This document shows, in pieces, positions 58,401 through 64,000 of a DNA stretch of 64,000 nucleotides. The stretch is from a virus. Under the pieces are notes generated by a model. The model made no database searches and had not been told where the DNA came from. It was given only the letters and a program-made list of their open reading frames with translations. Every line of letters begins with the position of its first letter. Positions within the stretch are counted from its first letter, which is position 1. The stretch spans positions 1 to 64,000 of the IMG/VR virus record IMGVR_UViG_3300045973_000434. One strand, written 5' to 3'. The position numbers and the translations under genes were made by a program.

Positions 58401-61400
58401 AATTCAGCTGATATGATTGAAGAACTTAAAGTATTAGCAGAACAACAAAATTATTCTCCATTTGCTGAGTTAGCAGAACGTCTTGAGAATGCATCAGAGA
58501 TGGTACGTAATCAGTTCTTTGTAACAGTTAGGTCATCTAAACATGATTTTATTAACTTCTCTGCTTATAATACAGGTGGTTTTGGTTATAAGTTTACTAT
58601 AAATAAATCAGCTTTTAATGAAGCATTCTTCTCTGAGGTATCTGTTTGGAACGAACTTATGTTCAATGATGATAAGATAACAAGGAGTGAAGTAACTAAG
58701 ATAAAAGGACAGACTGGTTATATATACCGTAGTTATTTTAGGAAAGAGTTTTTTACTGCTATTGGTGAAGACTATTCTGACTTACTAGATAGTATATTAG
58801 TTGCTAAAGATAAACTTGGTTATGTCAAACCTTCTGAGAAAGAAGCTTTCATAAACAAAGAAGTGTCTAAAGCAGTAGATCAGATATTATTCTTATTAGG
58901 TAGGTTTAATATAGTAGTTGATACTCAAACAATAAATCGTTTAATAAAACAGAAACAAGGTGAAACTGTAGAGAATGATTTAGATGCTGTATATAACTAT
59001 GTAGATACTAGATTATCTATGTTGATGGCTACCAATACGTCTGCACATGCTGCTGAACAAGAGGAACAGATCAATCGTAAGACCATGAGTTTATATAGGA
59101 ACGAAGAAGTTCTTAATATATCTAGAGCTTATATATTAGAGCATCCTGAAAAGATAGATGATATGCAGCTTGGTCCAGACAAGAATAAATATAACACCTT
59201 CTCTGAAAACAACCATGCTACTGAAGTTGCTAATAGAATACAACACGAACCTGGTTTTGTAGAAAATAAAAGAAGTCTTATCTATAACAAACGTAGTCGT
59301 TTATTAAACGACATGATTCCTAAATCTAACGATCCTGAAGAAATAAAAAGAGCAGAAGATAAAAGGAAGATGTTTGGTTTGAGAACCTTTAGTTATCTAC
59401 AAGAGAAAAACACCGGTGATAATGGTCGTGGGTTCTTAGAGATAACAGAATTAGAAGATTACTTAATAAAGTATTCTGCTATGTTTAATCTAACTAACAC
59501 AGACGAATCAGAACAGTTGTTACCATTACCTTCTCTTCCTAGAAAGACATATTTCTTTATGTCAGGAGTAAGGAAGTTTGATAGAGTTATGGCAGACTTT
59601 AAAGGTGGTAAGATTAAGTTTACTAAAGAAGTTCTAGATTATTTCTATGATCAATATTTAGATGAACTCGAACGTATACAAGAAGCTAATAGAGTGTTAG
59701 CAGAATATCACGCAGCTACTGGCCAAGAGAAAGAAGATCTTAAAAACAAGTTAGTAAAGAACTATCACTACGCAACTAATAAGTTTGACTTTAGTAAAGG
59801 TAATGCTTTTGATTTTATTCATTTTAAAGGGTTTAGTAAAACTAAAATGGGTAAGATTAACTTCGATAAGAAAATAACAGATGTTTTAAATAGTAGAGTT
59901 AAAGAAGAGTTAGAGTATGCAAATAGAGTTGGTATCATATCATATGACACTGATAGTAAAGAGTATGCTCCTGGTATGTTAGATAGGACTCACACAGAAG
60001 AATATTCTACTAAGTTTGATGAGAGTGATGATATAGGTACTAGAGGAGCTATTGCAGACTTTGTACTTAACTATTCTATGGCTACAATTGAAGCTGAGAA
60101 ACTATTCTTAGCAGACCCTGCTTTCTTTGCTAGAAACCAAGAGAGTAATGAGGTATTTGATGATATATATAAAAGATGGTTTGGGGTAGGTTCTTCAGGT
60201 GAGAACTTTGCAGAAACTACAGAATCAGATCCAAGTACAACATATAGGACTTTAGTAATAAATACACAGAAGTTTCAAGCACCTTTCTATGATGTTCTAT
60301 ATGATAGACATGTGGAATTATGGAAAGCATACTTAACCGAAAACAATAAAGAACAACTCACAGCTGATAAGATTGATGCTATGGCTAAGAAATTAGCTAA
60401 GAACAGATTGTCAGAATATGAGAAAGTAGATCCTTCTGATGGTCAGGCTTGGATTAGTCCTACCATGTATAAGAAGATGATTGAAAGAAGTGGTATGTGG
60501 ACTCCAGAGTTACAAGCTGCTTTTGAAGTACTTAACTCAGATAAAGAGTTGTCTCCTGCAGAAGAAATAAAACTATTAAGTGTTGTTTTAAATCCACAGA
60601 AAACTGCTTACTTTGGTACACAAGAGAACATGGGACTTGATATGCCGATATATGATAAGATGTCTATGACCATTCTCTTTAAGAGATTAGTTAAAGGCAC
60701 TCATATAGAAGATATCTTAGATCGTATGGAACTTACGGGTAGGTATGCCGATATGGAAGGATTAGAAAAAATAGATGTAATCAACTTCGATAGTGCTATT
60801 AAGGTCGGTGGTAGGAGAGGTTATGAATTGTTTACTGATAAGGATAAGAGAGATCAGATAAACGATTTTACAAATGTTTCTACTACAGAACAGTACTGGA
60901 AGAACTTACGTAAACAGCAGGTTACAGATCCACACGATGATTTCACAGAACAGACGTTGGGTTCACAGGTTTATAAAATAGCTAGTTCTAATATTATAAA
61001 AGACAAACCATATGGTAATTACTCAACCGGTATGGATATGCTTAACGCTCTTACAAGATCAAGAGTAGCTGTAAGTAACAACGGTCGTCATAATATAGAG
61101 GCTTCGTTAGGTATTAAAGATGGTAAAATATCAAACGCTAAGTTAATTCAACTACTTAGAAAAGATGCTGAGAAAGCTAAGAAGCCAGAAGACTTTATGA
61201 GGTCTCTTAAAATAGACCCTAAGACAGGTAGAAACTATCTTGAACTAGATGCATTTCCTGATAGGAGATGGATATACTCCAGACTTATGAGATTGGTTAC
61301 TGGTAACACAGTTGACTTAGTAACACCTGGAGCACAGTTAATACAATCATCAGACTATGGTTTTTCAAAGAAAGATTATGATAGTGAATTAGGTTTTAAC

Positions 61401-64000
61401 ATACTTGAACAAGGTTCTAGTACTACCTATCAGATGGAATGTAAGGTTTCTATTAGGACGTTTAAACATCTAATACCTAATTATGAAAAACTAACTCATG
61501 ACCAAAGAGTTAAAGCATTGGCTGGTTTAGAACTATCTTTGTTAGGTTATCGTATTCCTACACAGGGACAAAACTCTGTAGTTAGTTTAACTATAAAAGA
61601 GTTCTTACAAGACGAAGCTGGTGATGTTATTCATCTTCCGTTAGCGTTTACAACATTAACAGGATCTGACTTTGACATAGATAAACTATTTACTATGTTT
61701 CATAACTATGAAAGAAATGAAAAAGGTAAGTGGGAAAGGGTTATGTTTAGTGAAGGTACTAACGAAGAGGCTGTACAACAGAGGTATGATAAAAAAGTAG
61801 AGGAGCTGTATAACATCTATAAAAATGATGAAAGTGTTGTAACCCCTGCTGTCTTTGAAAAACTAAAAAGTGTTGGTGCTACTGCTTCTAGATATATGAC
61901 TGATTCTGATTTTGCTGAAACTATTTCTTTAATAGCAGAAGAGGATAAAGCTAGGATGGCTAATTATAGAGGTCAGTATATACAGACTGAACAACATTAT
62001 AATGAAGCTACAGAAACTATTGAAAAGAAAGAACTTTATAGTGAACTTACGTATTTATCTGATCTTATGGATGACATAAGACAAAAGAATCAAATTAAGA
62101 ATGTAATACGTGAAAAAGCAATTCCTATAAAGAAGGCAGCGTTGTTGGCTGCTAAGAAGATACAAGACATTAGTGAGTTTGCTAATCTTCCAATAGAAGA
62201 ACAGAATATAAGTGCTGCTAATAAGAATAGAATCATAGATGTATTTCATACTGTTATACGTGATAGTAAGCATTATTTAAGTACTTCTCAGCCATTGGGT
62301 GGTGTAACAAACCAGCTAAGAGCAAGAGCTGCTAGGAATGAACGAATTGAAAACGGTGGTAAAGTAAAATCTTTAGACGCATTAGGTTCAACAGTTCCTA
62401 GGTTTCAATCAGAAACTAAGTTTAAATTCATGACATCTTCTAAAGGTATCGGTCCTTTTGCTTTGAACAACGCACACCATTCCTTTACACAGATGGTTGG
62501 CTTAAAAATGAAAACTAAGGTTCAGTATGGTATGCAAAAGAACGGTGTTGTTCCATTGGATTTAATAATAGGGGATGATAAAGTTTATATAACTGACTGG
62601 TTATCTGCTATGATAGATGCACACGTCGATGCTGTAAAAGACAACTATATAACAAAACTTAACGTCAACAACTCTACTTATGGTGTAGTTGCTTTGATGT
62701 TACGATTAGGTCTTGGTATTAAAACATTTGACTTTGTTTCTCAGCCTGCTATAAAAGAGTATGCTAGAGAATACTTTAGGTTGGGTGGTAGATTAAAACA
62801 AGATGAAGATTCAGCTGATGATGGTACTATTGCAGATGCAGCTTTTAGAGTGGTGTGGAATAGGTATATGACTAAACTTCATTTAGATGAAGGAGAGGAT
62901 GTAAATTTAAAGGATGATGATATGTACCTAGACTTTACTGATCTTATAAACGATGAGAAGCAGATGGAGAAAGACATGGACCCAGCACTAAGTAATAACG
63001 AAGATAGGAATAAAAGACAGTTAAATATGTTATTACACTTCAGAAGGATATTCAAAGATTCTGAAGATCTTAACAAACTTGTTCTTGAATGTCGTGTTGA
63101 TACTAAGAAGATTGGTGCTACTCCTAGTGAACAAAGATTTGCTTTAAACAAACTAATGGAATTAGAAGAAAAGGGTAAATTTCCAGGACTTGATAGGCTT
63201 ATAAACAGTAGAGGTGAGTTTATGCAAAATGGTACAATGTTAGCACCTATGTTAAAGAACAGCCTTATATACTTACAAGGAATGCTTGAGAATAGTACTG
63301 TGTACGGTTCTAAGGGATTTGATACATTATTTTGGGATATGGCTTTCTCTATACCTGCTAGTGCAACTATGAGAGCTTCTAGTGTGAATAATATAGTAGA
63401 AGAAATGTTTAGTTATTTTTCAGGTGAATTCTTTGGTAATCCAGAACATGGTATTGGTGTTAACAAAGCATACTTAGAGAAATTATTATTAAATGGTCCT
63501 ACTTCTGTCTTTGGATTACTTTATAAAATACGTAAAAAGAATTACAAACTATATGAAGAACTTAGTAAGAATAAAATGCTTTCTAGTCTACGTGTAGATA
63601 GTAAACCAGGTATTCCACTTGAAACATATTTAAGGGTCCCCCCTTCATTTACAGCAAATAAATGGGACAACGATGATAAGATAGACGGGTTCTATGATTT
63701 ATTTACTCATCCAGAATCTGAAGTTAGAGAATTAGCCAGAGCTTTATATTTATACTCTTATTATAGTACTGGTTTTAGACATAGGTTCCGTGGTTATGTT
63801 AAGCATATACCAGGTTCAGTACAGAAAGAAATAAATATGTTCAACGTTAAAACTAAAAAATATAATAAAGTTAGTTTTAATGAGTATCTTTATAACTTAG
63901 TTAGAGAATTGAATGACGGTCATAGTGCAGGTCCTAAGTACTTACAATCTATGAAACGTGATATATTTAAGAATAACTGGTTTAATAAATGGTTTGTACC
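52413..64000 (+). CDS. giant multidomain virion protein containing a zincin-like HExxH domain and a two-barrel RNA polymerase module (at least 3862 codons, 3' end outside window)
   Basis: I translated the frame from the ATG at 52413 codon by codon and met no stop up to 64000. The ORF track lists no plus-strand ORF here, as expected for an ORF with no stop in the window. HEAFH is at 57366-57380. YRIPTQGQNS...VIHLPLAFTTLTGSDFDIDKL is at 61548-61690. Confidence 0.85.
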   Translation, partial: MFEQNMDGVTPVRRLTSQDISSPLGATETVSPETGLTGDSKSARRLSSKELSEGFMSDTGGISPIISNTPGGIKSTEKIIGEGEYHPELGTVYNQQLLHERQTATGQFANALIQAGAQIVGQSIQGAAYIADIDSGARLSNDAEADFGNAVADFGSKIIQGAEELAPIYVDPYKEGKFDPGSWSWWMKNLPSAASSVALMIPALGATSLVEMLPGVSKLLAGLSQEGVVAARGFTQAIFSRKAESMMEAEGVYKENYQRGRQSGLSEIDARKAASLAASNTYNKNWALLVQDIPQYMLLNKLGALAKGGKAGEKIAAEEMHPKIANWMGKGQLETTLGKVGAIATDMAGEAGEEIYQYLLNEQSNTMAAHQADPDKNKTSSLLQTLKDHYDDGDLWTSGFWGAAGAGIMQAGFAGMNHKALQKAANEQLDTVTKFSTGLNQANKEYAAALAEGDPIKAEQAFPSLIFNTTLRSHLNGSLKYTREMLNELSKGTSPELYAKWGIDPETQGRLKDDPDFFKKIKDGMDRVVELYDRYGKENRSNKNIKDKDKEPNAQIMANTQFLMENTEKSIPTIEKRRDEAWGKIEKVEELSAPKQAILGLEARNRASQKLLDHFDKTLKERGDKMGEVEKKELELAIEETKLDIVKTNSNDDPTKPGIKQYQAELRKIHKDDFEQADKDNTPLPEDQIDAFRKEVGRLKAANESMKQLTARMKKLREGKSVLDLQKEEVMDQLGIKPDERDEDAIQPDDTVQFKDETGADQYGKVVGVEEALDENDTSDPKYVVQPVDPKTHEPVGEPVVKGALDLFLDEKVDDRINEEIAPDGLTDVEQVQLDGITEEESLIESGQKVMQGVSKLSYSDFDSKTGIYNNRNSEFSKVISDPNTSFTGSKAYFFLSDAVKLQPFVDKYATAKQKPIFKKFLDGKKLTDPEIDILVEAISGDKFNDLVDMLPISVRATIAGKTFEEGLYLHSSGFKYIAIPKSIRRGKKAAIDAYRAKEYLKSRENRAVLLKKLFKREEIYSIGLNRSRGVPNVANKTLPAKERNRKLTAALGKEASKLKLAITVSDEVSPDKASLRDAKDNVIPGTERIMNNPGNVFAMVINETMDGSAYPLKLNRPFISREHAEILFDAFVIVGRAKIAKRKNGKPVNAYNVKFTAEDDRVKGLSAGEVIDLLVNNGREMTEPNTGRFKKRNIKPGQAEIMASKRLYVGISGKRVVLVYGNDPKTGAANTIDLTSSADIHQNKEAFLQWLTTNKRYAIYLSSKKLKLSLNGDFLNKKTFTIGKTNTISRKGTDSYSKFIIDNQLVETDIVRDDNGKLFHDPVINLNITDRYGKVTDQTIKTKAQSKYTPKTHKVVREKPTVQDVPVTKPEITIDDVEDARAFNSTQTVEQIEEEKHGQDVPVEEETAYKNKFSTSKERAVYHGGSEYAAPEAKQVFIDLSNIIETAINAKKTFDETSAEVKKFLYTEQLKVGSKGSLANKILFEYLKDRFAGKTQRSLLEEYKYGISKQDTSSATKTTPAINSNDEIGEVEEDNEIVKAEETAPILEGGNQEEEPTEIPKVRSLNDIMGNFTKKSGNKLSKVANSENGYEIADVHKDIQWAYDTVGISKEDWVIKNKFADLLYKGRRNFALYSQSAILILEQAEVGTVFHEAFHRVSLGYFTKAERSKLYRAARQIYKLGVDTHTDKQVEEFLAEKFENYVLTNGTRKVPGAIERFFQPLLNFIKKIFGGTKLDENEVEQLFRQINEGKFKRNKVLAENRDLLEQGEYAKTMISGTTFDNLNTREDVKDLIKGLTEKLFDVSNVADINRISRLNHGLLVSSIEELISNLTDHINEEGVAEDEVIQTTHLRDMFSEVLGVKDPETGLYDTYSRLIRPQIDSFMLSMGIKQTGIKEASDDYLMDEEGDEGAATEKQFGENVGKIGGDYFKASYERNKKETALANIKFMIATLHEVSYVDQETGEREFERNPLTRMGKFVDFGTAWSKIFNSLYWINNSADMIEELKVLAEQQNYSPFAELAERLENASEMVRNQFFVTVRSSKHDFINFSAYNTGGFGYKFTINKSAFNEAFFSEVSVWNELMFNDDKITRSEVTKIKGQTGYIYRSYFRKEFFTAIGEDYSDLLDSILVAKDKLGYVKPSEKEAFINKEVSKAVDQILFLLGRFNIVVDTQTINRLIKQKQGETVENDLDAVYNYVDTRLSMLMATNTSAHAAEQEEQINRKTMSLYRNEEVLNISRAYILEHPEKIDDMQLGPDKNKYNTFSENNHATEVANRIQHEPGFVENKRSLIYNKRSRLLNDMIPKSNDPEEIKRAEDKRKMFGLRTFSYLQEKNTGDNGRGFLEITELEDYLIKYSAMFNLTNTDESEQLLPLPSLPRKTYFFMSGVRKFDRVMADFKGGKIKFTKEVLDYFYDQYLDELERIQEANRVLAEYHAATGQEKEDLKNKLVKNYHYATNKFDFSKGNAFDFIHFKGFSKTKMGKINFDKKITDVLNSRVKEELEYANRVGIISYDTDSKEYAPGMLDRTHTEEYSTKFDESDDIGTRGAIADFVLNYSMATIEAEKLFLADPAFFARNQESNEVFDDIYKRWFGVGSSGENFAETTESDPSTTYRTLVINTQKFQAPFYDVLYDRHVELWKAYLTENNKEQLTADKIDAMAKKLAKNRLSEYEKVDPSDGQAWISPTMYKKMIERSGMWTPELQAAFEVLNSDKELSPAEEIKLLSVVLNPQKTAYFGTQENMGLDMPIYDKMSMTILFKRLVKGTHIEDILDRMELTGRYADMEGLEKIDVINFDSAIKVGGRRGYELFTDKDKRDQINDFTNVSTTEQYWKNLRKQQVTDPHDDFTEQTLGSQVYKIASSNIIKDKPYGNYSTGMDMLNALTRSRVAVSNNGRHNIEASLGIKDGKISNAKLIQLLRKDAEKAKKPEDFMRSLKIDPKTGRNYLELDAFPDRRWIYSRLMRLVTGNTVDLVTPGAQLIQSSDYGFSKKDYDSELGFNILEQGSSTTYQMECKVSIRTFKHLIPNYEKLTHDQRVKALAGLELSLLGYRIPTQGQNSVVSLTIKEFLQDEAGDVIHLPLAFTTLTGSDFDIDKLFTMFHNYERNEKGKWERVMFSEGTNEEAVQQRYDKKVEELYNIYKNDESVVTPAVFEKLKSVGATASRYMTDSDFAETISLIAEEDKARMANYRGQYIQTEQHYNEATETIEKKELYSELTYLSDLMDDIRQKNQIKNVIREKAIPIKKAALLAAKKIQDISEFANLPIEEQNISAANKNRIIDVFHTVIRDSKHYLSTSQPLGGVTNQLRARAARNERIENGGKVKSLDALGSTVPRFQSETKFKFMTSSKGIGPFALNNAHHSFTQMVGLKMKTKVQYGMQKNGVVPLDLIIGDDKVYITDWLSAMIDAHVDAVKDNYITKLNVNNSTYGVVALMLRLGLGIKTFDFVSQPAIKEYAREYFRLGGRLKQDEDSADDGTIADAAFRVVWNRYMTKLHLDEGEDVNLKDDDMYLDFTDLINDEKQMEKDMDPALSNNEDRNKRQLNMLLHFRRIFKDSEDLNKLVLECRVDTKKIGATPSEQRFALNKLMELEEKGKFPGLDRLINSRGEFMQNGTMLAPMLKNSLIYLQGMLENSTVYGSKGFDTLFWDMAFSIPASATMRASSVNNIVEEMFSYFSGEFFGNPEHGIGVNKAYLEKLLLNGPTSVFGLLYKIRKKNYKLYEELSKNKMLSSLRVDSKPGIPLETYLRVPPSFTANKWDNDDKIDGFYDLFTHPESEVRELARALYLYSYYSTGFRHRFRGYVKHIPGSVQKEINMFNVKTKKYNKVSFNEYLYNLVRELNDGHSAGPKYLQSMKRDIFKNNWFNKWFV

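Noticed and set aside
52397-64000. The absence of plus-strand ORFs in the track over 11.6 kb suggested stop-codon reassignment (TAG or TGA recoding, as in some crAss-like phages) or non-coding DNA.
   Set aside because: Codon-by-codon reading from 52413 shows one frame with no standard stop up to the window edge. The ORF is missing from the track only because it has no stop inside the window. No recoding needs to be invoked, and all other large genes are also intact under code 11.
1-64000. CRISPR arrays, integrase or attachment sites, transposases and toxin-antitoxin pairs.
   Set aside because: I found no regularly spaced direct repeats, no recombinase-like ORF and no IS-like terminal inverted repeats. 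The window looks like a lytic-phage core with no obvious mobile insertion. The promoter-bearing GT cassette could be one exception; it is reported as a finding.

Overview
The window is a contiguous 64-kb piece of an AT-rich, tightly packed tailed-phage genome. All calls come from reading the sequence and recalling motifs; no database search was run.

Identity: the gene content points to a crAss-like (Crassvirales-type) podovirus, probably infecting a Bacteroidota-type host. Start codons sit behind A/T-rich leaders with no Shine-Dalgarno motif, and one tail protein carries a FISUMP-type domain.

Layout:
- 1-7586: a leftward (minus-strand) arm of about 20 small genes of unknown function. Many encode membrane proteins, one a lipoprotein and some zinc-ribbon peptides. 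The arm also holds an 836-nt gap with no ORF.
- 7587-7769: a divergent control region containing a GC-rich island.
- 7770-64000: everything is on the plus strand.
  - 7.8-13.7 kb: small genes, each headed by one recurring promoter-like motif, TGTAAC-N16-CGT(A/T)TA. The motif has 8 copies in the window, 7 of them on the plus strand. This stretch also holds a roughly 390-nt non-coding unit bracketed by one motif copy and an intrinsic terminator.
  - Morphogenesis block: TerL, portal, a scaffold-like protein and the major capsid protein.
  - A large tail-fibre/tailspike block, including two paralogous Ser/Thr/Gly/Asn-rich fibres with HxH and [FY]LTTA repeats, a LamG protein, and a beta-helix protein with tandem Ig-like domains and a permuted FISUMP domain.
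  - A glycosyltransferase - YegP - SAM-methyltransferase cassette with its own promoter copy.
  - A lysis cassette with an M15 peptidase.
  - More tail and ejection-protein candidates.
  - One giant ORF, 52413 to beyond 64000, at least 3862 codons. The ORF track cannot list it because it runs off the window.

The giant ORF carries an HExxH zincin motif and an RxPT...DFDID double-psi beta-barrel RNA-polymerase signature, the pattern of the virion-packaged RNAP of crAss-like phages.

Not found: rRNA, tRNA, CRISPR array, integrase, transposase or reverse transcriptase.
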